In this document: positions 1-8,267 of the stretch, in pieces
How the letters are laid out: each line of letters begins with the position of its first letter
Position numbering within the stretch: position 1 is the first letter of the stretch
Source of the DNA: an uncultured Chitinophagales bacterium
GTDB taxonomy: Bacteria; Bacteroidota; Rhodothermia; Balneolales; CAYWCV01
Assembly (NCBI GenBank): GCA_964640035.1
Contig: CAZXGO010000009.1
Span: forward strand, 2,413 to 23,402
Length of the DNA: 20,990 nt
Reading direction: 5' to 3'
Notes under the pieces: generated by a model
The model's input: only the letters and a program-made list of their open reading frames with translations
What the model was told of the DNA's origin: nothing
Databases searched by the model: none
Made by a program: the position numbers and the translations under genes

Positions 1-1465
1 CAGCCTGGTAATCAAGACGCTCTGAGCTGAAACTGTAACCGAGTCCACTGGTAAGACGGTATCGACGACCATAGGTGGTTGTAAGTAAACCACCCAGATA
101 GGGACCGTCGACACGTGTAAAACGATATTCTGGGGCAAAGGAGTTTCTTAAACGAGCCGATGAAGACGATTGTGCAGAGCTTCCAGACTGGGTTCTACCG
201 TTTGATTCATCCCGGCTAGTGTTCACAAATCGGGCCAGGATCCCTTTCGGTTCGAAGGCCTTATCCAATGTTTTAGTGCTGTCGATGTCGTCGTAGGCTT
301 TCACTTCGATGGCTGTAAGGGGCACGACCATCGGACTTTTGAGAAACAGACTGTCCATCTTCACCGAAACAGTGTCGACCCGCAAGCGACGCCGCTGAGC
401 GGGGTCATAAAGAGAATCGGGTAGAACAACATTTACCTTGTAATCGGTAAGGCGCGATAACTGCTGGATGCCAATTTCCGGAAACTGCAGACCGATAATT
501 CCAAACTTGATATCACCCCGTATGCGAACGTCGACCGGTAGCCAGAAATCACCTCCAAAATTACTGAACTGCTGGGTATACCAAAGGTCAAATTTTTGGA
601 TGGGTGGAGGGAAGATGAGGGCGTCATTGGGTTTGAGATCGATTTCGATGAGGGCGTAGGCTGAATCAACCACCGCTATCATTCCCTCAAAAGTGGGTTG
701 TAATTTACGTTTTGAGCTCACTTTAATATCGAATACATCGAGATTATCCAATGATCGGATGCCTATTAGCTCAAAATTATAATAGTTAAATGCATTCGGA
801 TGGGTAGGACCCACCATATCAAAACCGCTGATACTGATGTTGTCATCGTAGAAGTTGGGGATAAAACTCGCCGCTGCGAAGTTTTCCTCCATACCTATGT
901 TGGCGGTCTGTCGTTTCGATGTGATGACCTCTCGCGAGCCTTTGATTTTATCCCAGAAGACTTCCGACAAGGTTTCGGTGATAGAAGCGATCTTAGAATC
1001 ACTTTCGAGGCGTTGACGCGTGTAGGCTTGGGCGGTATAGGATTGAAGCTCAGCTCGCCATATTTGCTTACGACGGATAACTTCACGCATGATTTCGAGC
1101 GCTGGATCACCACCGGTTACCACCACTTCACCAAGTTCACGCACATTAGGCTGCATGCGTATGATGATGGGTTCATGTTGGATCTGATCAATACGCAGTT
1201 CTTGGGAGAAATAGCCGATGTAGCGAACGATAATGGTTGTTGGTAGGACTGACAATTTAAGCTCGAATTGCCCGTCCAGATTTGAGATGGTGCCGGTATA
1301 ACTGTCTTTGATGATAATATTAGCTGCCGGAAGAGGCTCACCGGAATTAGCATCTTGAATACTACCTTTTAAGAGTAGTTCTTGTGCATAAGATCTTTGG
1401 TGCACAAAGAGCATAAAAAAGAGCGTTGCTACGAAGTAGACAGGGAAAAAAGAGTATAGTTTCAA
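1..1465 (-). CDS. Partial (3' end off window) secreted protein with an N-terminal CarboxypepD_reg-like domain followed by a DUF5686-like region, as in Bacteroidetes carboxypeptidase-like regulatory domain-containing proteins. The N-terminus is at 1465 (TTG) or 1414 (ATG).
   Basis: One minus-strand frame is open from position 1 to a TAA at ~1475-1477. It is absent from the ORF track only because it has no stop inside the window. Translated from the TTG it gives MKLYSFFPVYFVATLFFMLFVHQRSYA/QELLLKGSIQDANSGEPLPAANIIIKDSYTGTISNLDGQFELKL..., a signal peptide followed by the CarboxypepD_reg pattern. The rest is a coherent protein (…VVVTGGDPALEIMREVIRRKQIW…FNYYNFELIG…). The listed small ORFs at 433-669, 895-1113 and 1117-1353 (-) and 468-659 and 800-1246 (+) are in other frames. 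Confidence 0.6.
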   Translation of the reverse strand, partial: MKLYSFFPVYFVATLFFMLFVHQRSYAQELLLKGSIQDANSGEPLPAANIIIKDSYTGTISNLDGQFELKLSVLPTTIIVRYIGYFSQELRIDQIQHEPIIIRMQPNVRELGEVVVTGGDPALEIMREVIRRKQIWRAELQSYTAQAYTRQRLESDSKIASITETLSEVFWDKIKGSREVITSKRQTANIGMEENFAAASFIPNFYDDNISISGFDMVGPTHPNAFNYYNFELIGIRSLDNLDVFDIKVSSKRKLQPTFEGMIAVVDSAYALIEIDLKPNDALIFPPPIQKFDLWYTQQFSNFGGDFWLPVDVRIRGDIKFGIIGLQFPEIGIQQLSRLTDYKVNVVLPDSLYDPAQRRRLRVDTVSVKMDSLFLKSPMVVPLTAIEVKAYDDIDSTKTLDKAFEPKGILARFVNTSRDESNGRTQSGSSAQSSSSARLRNSFAPEYRFTRVDGPYLGGLLTTTYGRRYRLTSGLGYSFSSERLDYQA

Positions 1466-1791
1466 GTAATTGATCCCTTAGATGACGGAAATCCCAGGTG
1501 TACGAAACGATCAAGATTAAGTTAAGGTATTCGATGTAGTATGAGAAATATCACGTACGTAGCATACCATTGTAGCATACCATGATGAAAGATTTCATCC
1601 ATCCATTTGATCATGGTTGGATCATTTATTATTTATGTTTCCTTTCGATTTTGGGAGTGAAGCAGTTCTATATATATTTTTTATATTAGCTCTGTGAAGA
1701 GTCGCTCAGAAGTGTCTTTCTTTCGCTTGAGAACCTCTGCCTATACTTTTCCCTTTCGAAACAGACTTCACTCATTCCCACAAGCCAATCT
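1466..1791. promoter_or_regulatory. AT-rich divergent intergenic region that presumably carries the promoters for the 1-1465 (-) gene and the prohibitin gene (+).
   Basis: 326 bp non-coding, AT-rich (e.g. ttctatatatattttttatattagc at ~1666-1690) and flanked by divergent starts. No exact Bacteroidetes -7 TAnnTTTG match could be placed with confidence. Confidence 0.3.
1553..1616. repeat. Repeat cluster in the divergent intergenic region. It holds an 8-bp palindrome ACGTACGT (1553-1560), a tandem 12-bp direct repeat GTAGCATACCAT-T-GTAGCATACCAT (1559-1583), a nested inverted repeat GATGAAA-ga-TTTCATC (1584-1599) and an outer inverted repeat CCATGAT…ATCATGG (1580-1616).
   Basis: Read directly from the sequence. 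It lies ~90-150 bp upstream of the minus-strand CDS start (1465) and ~180-240 bp upstream of the prohibitin start (1792). Confidence 0.6.
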
Positions 1792-2712
1792 ATGGAAAAT
1801 AAGTCAACAACTGATGTTCAGGAGGCTATACCGCCGACACATAAACGTTGGTCCTTAGCTTGGTTCAACAATGCCATTATGACTCGAAAGAGGGGTATGT
1901 TGATATCGGTGTTGATTTTCATCCTGGTATTTTTATTCTTTGCCGAGCGCATAGTCATTTTTGTGAATGCCGGGGAGTCAGCCGTTCTTTTCAAGCGTTT
2001 CCAGGGTGGTACACAACTTAACAGAACATATGGGGAGGGTCTGCATATTATTTTGCCCTGGGATCAAATGCAGGTGTATAATGTTCGCATCCAACATGAG
2101 CAGAAACAGTTTGAAGTTCTTAGTGCAAATGGTCTAAAGATCAAAGTTGATGCTTCCATTAGATATCGTCCCATTTTGGAAAACTTACCGTATTTACATC
2201 AAAATGTTGGACCAGATTACGCAGATCGTATTGTGTTTCCAGAGGTAGAAGCCGTAGTGCGTCAAATTTTTGGCCAATATCTTCCTGAGGATATCTATTC
2301 ATCGCAAAAGTTCATCATTCAGAATACAGTTCAAAATGCCATTTTTGAAGTAAGTGAACGCTTTGTTGATTTGGACGAACTTCTGATTACCCGGATAACC
2401 TTACCGGATATGATTGTAACGGCCATTGAAGAGAAACTTGAGAAAGAGCAAGTTGCTCAAGGCTACAAATTCCGGCTTGATTCAGAACGTCTTGAAGCTG
2501 AACGCAAGCGTATCGAAGCAGAGGGTATTCGAGATTTCCAGACGATTGTTAGTTCCGGTTTAACAGAAAATTACCTTCGATTTAAAGGAATAGAGGCTAC
2601 CTTAAAATTATCGGAATCAAACAATTCAAAGATTGTTGTGATTGGTGGGGGTAAAGATGGTCTTCCGATAATTTTAGATGGATCGGGGGAAAAAGCACGA
2701 GTGGCAAACTAA
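1792..2712 (+). CDS. SPFH/Band-7 (prohibitin-like) membrane protein.
   Basis: 306 aa with an N-terminal TM segment (MLISVLIFILVFLFFAERIVIF). The SPFH-like body reads LHIILPWDQMQVYNVRIQ…LKIKVDASIRYRP…ADRIVFPEVEAVVRQIFGQY. A coiled-coil EKLEKEQVAQGYKFRLDSERLEAERKRIEAEGIRDFQ follows. TAA stop. Confidence 0.85.
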   Translation: MENKSTTDVQEAIPPTHKRWSLAWFNNAIMTRKRGMLISVLIFILVFLFFAERIVIFVNAGESAVLFKRFQGGTQLNRTYGEGLHIILPWDQMQVYNVRIQHEQKQFEVLSANGLKIKVDASIRYRPILENLPYLHQNVGPDYADRIVFPEVEAVVRQIFGQYLPEDIYSSQKFIIQNTVQNAIFEVSERFVDLDELLITRITLPDMIVTAIEEKLEKEQVAQGYKFRLDSERLEAERKRIEAEGIRDFQTIVSSGLTENYLRFKGIEATLKLSESNNSKIVVIGGGKDGLPIILDGSGEKARVAN

Positions 2713-2733
2713 CATTCGGCGTGGCCCCACAGT

Positions 2734-3918
2734 TTAGTGTAGCATTATCCGATTATTTGATCGCTTTTTACCGTCTTTTTCGGTGGTGTAGCGCTCAAAC
2801 TCTTCTAATACTTTCTCCCAATGTTGTTCATAGATTGTGTCAACGCTATCCAGGCTTCGGATGTAGTATATGTTAGAACTTAGAAATGGATTGATGTAGG
2901 ATGGCCCCTTTAGTATGATGCGGTCTACATAACGTCGGGATTCTGTAATAGAATTGGGATAAAAGTTAGAATTGGTCAAACTAGCTGCGTTATGTGGATC
3001 CAAAAGAAAGTCAATAAAGGAATGTGCAAGTTCCTGTTTTGTACTAGTTGATGGGATACAGAGATTATCCACAAAAAATATGCTGCCCTCTGATGGCAAG
3101 GAAAATCGTATGTCAGAATCTTGATTCGATAAAAGAGCTGAGTTCCCACTCCAATTCATGGCTAAGTTTAGGGATCCGCTTTGTAGTTCACTCCCCAGAT
3201 TATCATTGTGGATCCCCGTTAAATACGGAACTAGTTGGAGTAGGCGGTCGGTAGCGGCGGAAATCTCTTCCTGATTTGTAGTATTTGGACTGTAGCCTAA
3301 AGAAATGAGAGATAATCCAATCGACATCCTGGGGTCATTGAGTAATGAAAGATTATAACGCATTCGAACAATTTCGGCCGAATCAAAAACGGCAGACCAA
3401 CGAAGTGGGGGATTGAACACAAATTTAGTGTCATAGACTAAGCCAACGGCTCCCCAAAAGTAGGGGATGGAGTAGAAATTTCCGTAATCGTAATCCATTT
3501 CAGTAAATCGGGCATCAATAAGTGCGTAATTCGATAATAGATTTCGATCGATTTGGATGATATGTCCTTCATTCACAAGTCGAGTAACCATATAGTCGGT
3601 AGGTACGACCAAATCATATGATTTACCAGCATTTAAAGCTTCATGTAATTCTTCATTCGAGGTGTAGTAGTCAAAAAGAACTTTAACTTTTTGGCTTTTT
3701 TCAAACTCTTCAATAATGGTAGCATCTTCGAAATATTCAGTCCAGGTATAAACTCTGAGGGTGTCTTCGTATAGCTCATCTGGATTAATCCCTTGAGTGT
3801 ATAGAACTACTCGTTCAATTTTGTCTGGGAAAACTACCAAAAGAGTTGTAATAACCAGAATCAATAGAAATGAGATCATAACAAGGGGTGTCTCAATAAC
3901 CCATTTCAAAAATTTCAT
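2734..3918 (-). CDS. PotD/PotF-family polyamine (spermidine/putrescine)-binding protein with an N-terminal membrane anchor. It is an orphan substrate-binding protein with no importer permease or ATPase next to it.
   Basis: Block-by-block similarity to E. coli PotD, recalled from memory. LRVYTWTEYF matches LYFYNWTEY. YDLVVPTDYMVTRLVNEGHIIQID matches YDLVVPSTYYVDKMRKEGMIQKID. YSIPYFWGAVGLVY matches YSIPYIWGATAIG. LGYSPNTTNQEEISAA matches LGYSGNTTDPKEIEAA. SEGSIFFVDNLCIPSTSTKQELAHSFIDFLLDP matches [34 protein letters not shown]. The N-terminus MKFLKWVIETPLVMISFLLILVITTLLVVF is a signal anchor. Confidence 0.8.
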   Translation of the reverse strand: MKFLKWVIETPLVMISFLLILVITTLLVVFPDKIERVVLYTQGINPDELYEDTLRVYTWTEYFEDATIIEEFEKSQKVKVLFDYYTSNEELHEALNAGKSYDLVVPTDYMVTRLVNEGHIIQIDRNLLSNYALIDARFTEMDYDYGNFYSIPYFWGAVGLVYDTKFVFNPPLRWSAVFDSAEIVRMRYNLSLLNDPRMSIGLSLISLGYSPNTTNQEEISAATDRLLQLVPYLTGIHNDNLGSELQSGSLNLAMNWSGNSALLSNQDSDIRFSLPSEGSIFFVDNLCIPSTSTKQELAHSFIDFLLDPHNAASLTNSNFYPNSITESRRYVDRIILKGPSYINPFLSSNIYYIRSLDSVDTIYEQHWEKVLEEFERYTTEKDGKKRSNNRIMLH

Positions 3919-4137
3919 TGTATCGTGAGCAAGTGTTGAATAACTCTTCGAAGGAATAAAGGAATATACATTCTTTTCATAAAATGGGGATAGTTATCTC
4001 TTTAAAAGGGGATTTGATGTAGGAGATAAGCTATGTTTTATGGGTCAAAGTAGATAACTTAATTAAGCCATAGCTCTTGTTGGTTAGTAGAGCTTTGTTT
4101 TGTTTTATATGCTCTTCAGCTCATCACCATATATGCT
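3919..4137. promoter_or_regulatory. Divergent promoter region between the PotD-like gene (-) and the ABC exporter gene (+).
   Basis: 219-bp AT-rich spacer between two divergent starts. It contains GATAAC/GTTATC-type inverted elements (agttatct ~3986-3993 and agataact ~4063-4070) and a ttgttttgtttta run. No specific promoter hexamers are asserted. Confidence 0.3.
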
Positions 4138-5787
4138 TTGATCATGAATTTTATTGATCTGATTTATGCCGAAACTAAAGATGTGCGTAATAAACTTGTG
4201 CTGTATATGTTTCTATCCGGCATGTCGAACGCATTTATTTTATTTATCATAAATGGAGCTGCCGCAACGGTAACATACAGCGAAATAAACACGCGTTTGT
4301 TCTTGATGTTTATTGTGGTGATATCCATCTATATCCTGACACAACAGTTTATTTTTAAAAGTGCCGGCTACATCATAGATCAGATTATTCAAAAAATTCG
4401 ACTACGATTGGCTGAGAAAATTATTCAGAGAGCAGAATTAGTGGAGTTAGATGCTATTGGCAATTCGAGGATATACAATCACATGACCCATCAGATCAGT
4501 GAGGTATCTAATTCCTCTAATGAGATTACAGCAGCCGTTCAATCGTTTATTATGGTGTTATTCTCCATCATGTATTTGGGGACGCTATCTATTCAAGCTT
4601 TAATTGTGACCGTTGCTGTGGTTGCCATAGGAATGATTGTTTATTTGGGGATGGAGAAGAAGATTATCCCCTTTATAAATAAGCATAATGAGAGTGAAAT
4701 TCGCCTGTTTTCCTCCTTATCTCACCTGTTGGATGGCTTCAAAGAGATAAAATTGAGTCATGATAGAGGTTCTGATATCAGGGATGATATTGATGCAATT
4801 TCAAAAGAAGCACGAGACAATAGTATCACAACAAAAGTGATGTACTCGAATGCTTATATCTTTGCGCAGTCCTTTTTTTATGTGTTGATTGCGATTATGG
4901 TATTCATTTTACCTCGTTTTTTTGAAATATATACGGAGAGTGTCATTCAAATTACGGCGGTAATTCTTTTTATCATCGGACCCTTGTCGAGTGTTGTTGC
5001 GGGGATACCGGCATATACAAGATCTAACATTGCTATAAAAAATATTATGACGTTGGAGTCGGAGCTTGATCGGTTAAAAGAAGAGCCTCCTACGTTTAAT
5101 CCTCAAACTCACTCGAAATTTCTCGAATTTAAACGCATACAATTCAGAGGATTAGAGTTTGATTATTATGATCGCAACAATGAGAAAGTATTTAGTGTAG
5201 GTCCGATAGATTTAGAACTTAAAAAAGGGGAAACACTCTTTTTGATTGGTGGGAATGGCTCAGGTAAATCGACATTATTGAAACTTATAACTGGGCTATA
5301 TCGTCCGGCTCAAGGTGAAATTTTAGTTGATGAACACGTGATACATGGAGAATCGCTTCAAGAGTACCGGGAATTGTACTCCGTTATTTTTGCTGATTTC
5401 CACTTGTTTGAAAAGTTATACGGTATACGCAATTGGGAATCGGATGTTGTTGCAGATTTAATCAGAGAAATGCAATTAACGGATAAAACGGCCTTTGAAA
5501 ACGGGCAATTCACGAATATTAATCTTTCGACCGGTCAAAGGAAGCGTATTGCTATGATCGTAGCAAAATTAGAGCATAGAGAGATCTATGTATTTGATGA
5601 GTGGGCTGCAGACCAAGATCCTCAATTCAGAGAGTACTACTATTATCAGATCTTACCTGAGTTAAAAAAGGCAGGCAAGACTGTTATTGTGGTATCTCAC
5701 GATGATAGCAAGTATTTTGCGACAGCTGATCGTATTCTTAAAATGGATATGGGTAAACTGAGTGATATCCGTTTGAATAAACCTTAA
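4138..5787 (+). CDS. Fused TMD-NBD ABC exporter of the cyclic-peptide/siderophore-peptide export family (SyrD/PvdE/YojI-like).
   Basis: 549 aa. The N-terminal ~300 aa hold multiple hydrophobic helices. The C-terminal NBD has Walker A GGNGSGKST, signature LSTGQRKRIAMIVAKL and Walker B IYVFDEWAADQDP. The EWAADQDP context is characteristic of the SyrD-like cyclic peptide transporter family. TAA stop. It lies adjacent to the NRPS cluster. Confidence 0.85.
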   Translation: MIMNFIDLIYAETKDVRNKLVLYMFLSGMSNAFILFIINGAAATVTYSEINTRLFLMFIVVISIYILTQQFIFKSAGYIIDQIIQKIRLRLAEKIIQRAELVELDAIGNSRIYNHMTHQISEVSNSSNEITAAVQSFIMVLFSIMYLGTLSIQALIVTVAVVAIGMIVYLGMEKKIIPFINKHNESEIRLFSSLSHLLDGFKEIKLSHDRGSDIRDDIDAISKEARDNSITTKVMYSNAYIFAQSFFYVLIAIMVFILPRFFEIYTESVIQITAVILFIIGPLSSVVAGIPAYTRSNIAIKNIMTLESELDRLKEEPPTFNPQTHSKFLEFKRIQFRGLEFDYYDRNNEKVFSVGPIDLELKKGETLFLIGGNGSGKSTLLKLITGLYRPAQGEILVDEHVIHGESLQEYRELYSVIFADFHLFEKLYGIRNWESDVVADLIREMQLTDKTAFENGQFTNINLSTGQRKRIAMIVAKLEHREIYVFDEWAADQDPQFREYYYYQILPELKKAGKTVIVVSHDDSKYFATADRILKMDMGKLSDIRLNKP

Positions 5788-5849
5788 AAACTATACTATT
5801 GTTGGCTCATTTTTGGTCATTAAGCTAATCCAAGATAACCTCGATACCA

Positions 5850-6335
5850 TTGAGTATGAATGAAAAAGAGAAAACTCTATTAATTAGAATTTCCCAGGAA
5901 CTCTCGGACGACATTAGTCAATGGTCAGAAAAAGTAGGTAAGAACAAATCCTCTTTTGTCCGAAGTGCCATCGATCATTACATAAAATTGCTGGATAGTG
6001 AGAATCCCGAAGTACTTGAGTTGATCAAAGGAATTATCATTACCAAAATCGATAAAATTCAAAGCTCATATAACGAGGGTACCCTGATTGCCTTTACCAG
6101 TATTACACGGGTGAGTACCATGCTGAGTTGTAGTCTGTGTAAAGATGAGCAAGGATTAGAATACTTGGTGTATAATATTCCTCAACGGCATGGTGAGACA
6201 GTACTAGATGCGATTCAAAACTACGCGAGAAAGCTCTATGATATGTGGCGTGGTTTGCCTGAAGCTGAGAAGAAACACTTCTTAGTGGACTTACAAATGA
6301 GTCACGTTTATTTCAGTATTCAAGTTGAACCCTGA
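5850..6335 (+). CDS. Hypothetical protein with an N-terminal ribbon-helix-helix (CopG/Arc-like) DNA-binding motif and an uncharacterised ~110-aa C-terminal region. It is a candidate regulator.
   Basis: 161 aa. KTLLIRISQELSDDISQWSEKVGKNKSSFVRSAIDHYIKLL fits the beta-strand/helix pattern of RHH domains (S.FVR.AI..Y). It sits 62 bp downstream of the exporter and is probably co-transcribed. The C-terminal part has a CSLC pair and no recognisable family. Confidence 0.5.
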   Translation: MSMNEKEKTLLIRISQELSDDISQWSEKVGKNKSSFVRSAIDHYIKLLDSENPEVLELIKGIIITKIDKIQSSYNEGTLIAFTSITRVSTMLSCSLCKDEQGLEYLVYNIPQRHGETVLDAIQNYARKLYDMWRGLPEAEKKHFLVDLQMSHVYFSIQVEP

Positions 6336-6340
6336 GCGTT

Positions 6341-6352
6341 GTTGCAACAAGT
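6341..6352. repeat. Perfect 12-bp palindrome TTGTTGCAACAA 5 bp after the RHH-gene stop codon, in the 75-bp convergent intergenic gap.
   Basis: Read directly: gagcgTTGTTGCAACAAgta. It may be a protein-binding site or a weak bidirectional terminator element. No GC-rich stem or U-tract is present. Confidence 0.4.
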
Positions 6353-6410
6353 AATACTAAACGGTATTCCTGGAGACGGAGAAACTGATTGATTAGTTAA
6401 CAGTGTGTAC

Positions 6411-7232
6411 TTAGAAATTCAAAACAACGCCTACGGTTAGGGCTGTGTTCATTTTTTCATAATATGGGGCTAGATCTGGAATGAGAGGCTCTTCTTCATA
6501 TTTGATCTGGTATTGAACCATACCGCTTATGTGAGCATTAAATTGGTACATTGCTTTAAGATCCAGATCTACCCTGTAGATATGAGATTGATCAATACCA
6601 TGAATAAAAATGAGGGTTTCGCTCAAATTGACTTTGGGAATAGAGGTCAGATTAAAGCGTTGTTGTGCGTACACAATTGGATTTCCGAATTTTTCAGTAC
6701 CAAGATCTTCAGGCAACTGGGTGGTAGAAACCTGTTCGTATCCGAAAGCTACAAAGAGAAGCTTACCCAGATTTTTATGCTCCAGGTTATTGTAAATCAA
6801 TCCAGTGTAATAGGCAGATCTAAGTTTCAGATATTGAGCATCATTTTTCTCAGCTAAGACTCCACCTTCCCACTGTAGACTGGGATTGAGATCGTAAATG
6901 AGCTTAGGGTTGAAGGAAAAGGATCGGGTTCGTGATGCTGGATTTGATTGAACTCGTACTTTTTGATACGAAAGAGTACCGAAAGCACTCAATTGGGCAC
7001 GACCATCACGGATGAAGACCATTGGAGTACTTTTATGAAAATAAGTATCTACCTGGCCAGTGGCTATATAGGTACTGTACTCACCCTGAGCTTGAATACG
7101 AGTTCCCTTATGTTTCTCCGTTAGTTTAAGACTATTTGTCATCCACCATGCTGGTGTTGCATTTTGAGAAAAAGAATCAAATGGGATTGAAAGTGTGGCA
7201 ATACATGCCAGAACGATGAGGTAGCGTTTCAT
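6411..7232 (-). CDS. Probable outer-membrane beta-barrel protein, signal peptide-bearing and possibly DUF2490-like.
   Basis: 273 aa. The N-terminal signal peptide is MKRYLIVLACIATLSIPFDSFSQ. Aromatic and hydrophobic residues alternate throughout, as in beta-strands (LTVGVVLNF, LLFVAFGYEQV). The C-terminal residue is Phe (…GVVLNF), as in OMP barrels. TAA stop. Confidence 0.5.
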   Translation of the reverse strand: MKRYLIVLACIATLSIPFDSFSQNATPAWWMTNSLKLTEKHKGTRIQAQGEYSTYIATGQVDTYFHKSTPMVFIRDGRAQLSAFGTLSYQKVRVQSNPASRTRSFSFNPKLIYDLNPSLQWEGGVLAEKNDAQYLKLRSAYYTGLIYNNLEHKNLGKLLFVAFGYEQVSTTQLPEDLGTEKFGNPIVYAQQRFNLTSIPKVNLSETLIFIHGIDQSHIYRVDLDLKAMYQFNAHISGMVQYQIKYEEEPLIPDLAPYYEKMNTALTVGVVLNF

Positions 7233-7319
7233 ACAAATAAAGATACAGCGGTAGTTAAAACACTCTGTCTACACTACCCCTATATAAAGGCGTAGTGTGG
7301 ACGAGTAAAGATAGTGGGA

Positions 7320-7838
7320 TCAGTTGTCTGCTGGTTTTTCGACTTCTGTTTTAAGATCTTTCGCAGCTTTTTCACCACGGCTAAACATCATCTTAAAATT
7401 TTCGGTGAATTTAGCAGGATCGAGATCGAGAAAGCTACCACCGTTTTCGAAGTGGTTGATGAAGACATTACCCAATGCATACGCTGATGCCGATGCAAAA
7501 AAGGGCATAGTAATTGTACCTACAAGAGTACCGATCAGGGGTAGTGATTTAATACTACTTCCAAGAGTACCCTGAGCAAGAGTATTTGCCGTTACGCCTG
7601 AGAGAGCAGCAGAAATAGTATTTTTTGCAGTGTTTTCAGAAAATTTTACGCCGTACGCATCTGAAATTTCTGACACCATTTTCATTTGAACTCCGACAAT
7701 GGTAGCCAGATCAATAAGTGGGAATGGTATTAATCCGGCGCCACCAGACCATAACATGTAGCGTCGGGTGATGGCCATAGCCTGTTTTTCTTTGTCACTT
7801 GCTGGACGAGAAGCAGTTGCTGTTTTTTTAGTGGACAT
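7320..7838 (-). CDS. DUF697/YcjF-like small membrane-associated protein, paralog A.
   Basis: 172 aa. The core reads AITRRYMLWSGGAGLIPFPLIDLATIVGVQMKMVSEISDAYGV … ALGNVFINHFENGGSF. It is clearly homologous to the 10233-10733 ORF. WRYTLIAAGIGLIPSPTVNSVGVAVLELAMIDELAKNY matches its first block and VVGKLFKHHFETGGTF matches its last. The family assignment (DUF697) is from memory of the G..G.IP.P..D…iq..M…Ia.iYG pattern. Confidence 0.5.
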   Translation of the reverse strand: MSTKKTATASRPASDKEKQAMAITRRYMLWSGGAGLIPFPLIDLATIVGVQMKMVSEISDAYGVKFSENTAKNTISAALSGVTANTLAQGTLGSSIKSLPLIGTLVGTITMPFFASASAYALGNVFINHFENGGSFLDLDPAKFTENFKMMFSRGEKAAKDLKTEVEKPADN

Positions 7839-7893
7839 GGTACAATAGGGTTAGAACTCGAGGTTGGTGTAGCAATTCGTATAAACGTTATGA

Positions 7894-8052
7894 TTACTTG
7901 GTTTGCTTGGTTAGCGCCAAAATCAAGAACATGATCAGTGGTGTGGTCACAATGGCTCCTACAAAAGAGCCCAAAAAACCAAATCGCCTTTCGCTACCGT
8001 ATACTCCTACTAAAATGCAGGCGACTCCGTAAGCAATGTACCAAAGAATCAT
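7894..8052 (-). CDS. Unlisted 52-aa ORF encoding a two-TM mini-protein.
   Basis: ATG at 8052 to TAA at 7894-7896. It translates as MILWYIAYGVACILVGVYGSERRFGFLGSFVGAIVTTPLIMFLILALTKQTK. Two hydrophobic helices are separated by GSERRFG. It lies between the PPTase remnant and DUF697-like paralog A on the same strand. It is below the ORF-track size cut-off. Confidence 0.3.
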   Translation of the reverse strand: MILWYIAYGVACILVGVYGSERRFGFLGSFVGAIVTTPLIMFLILALTKQTK

Positions 8053-8267
8053 TGAAGCGTTCCTAACTAATTACTGGGGTTTTCTGTTGATTGGGATCGA
8101 GCAGACACTAGAAACGTGAAGTTTCAGCTTCGAGAATATACTATAATATTTGAATAGCAAGATTAATTCCTGATGAATAATTACACTTTTTTTTGTCTAA
8201 TTTTACTTTTTAAAAACAATTTGTATATATAAATATCCTATTTGTATAGTGTTTTTCAATAGTGATA

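Noticed and set aside
468-1353. Listed small ORFs 433-669(-), 468-659(+), 800-1246(+), 895-1113(-) and 1117-1353(-).
   Set aside because: All overlap, in other frames, the long open minus-strand frame 1-1465 that encodes a coherent CarboxypepD_reg/DUF5686-like protein. Their translations are low-complexity or have no motifs.
2713-2733. gtggccccac element in the 21-bp gap between the convergent prohibitin and PotD-like genes, as a possible terminator.
   Set aside because: Only a 4-bp stem with a 2-nt loop. It is not a credible hairpin.
6513-6857. Plus-strand ORFs 6513-6857 and 6610-6795, and 3048-3254(+), 7324-7575(+), 9035-9292(+), 9349-9534(+), 9912-10166(-), 10944-11198(+), 12296-12511(-) and 20508-20729(+).
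   Set aside because: Each lies entirely inside a longer, motif-supported CDS on the other strand or frame (OMP, PotD-like, DUF697-like, secreted protein, TEII, NRPS TE domain, KR-carrier). They are treated as spurious.
7277-7310. Inverted repeat CACTAC…GTAGTG flanking TATATAAA downstream of the DUF697-like paralog A stop, as a possible rho-independent terminator.
   Set aside because: The stem is short and AT-poor in length (6-7 bp), the loop is ~14 nt and there is no downstream T-tract, so it is too weak to call.
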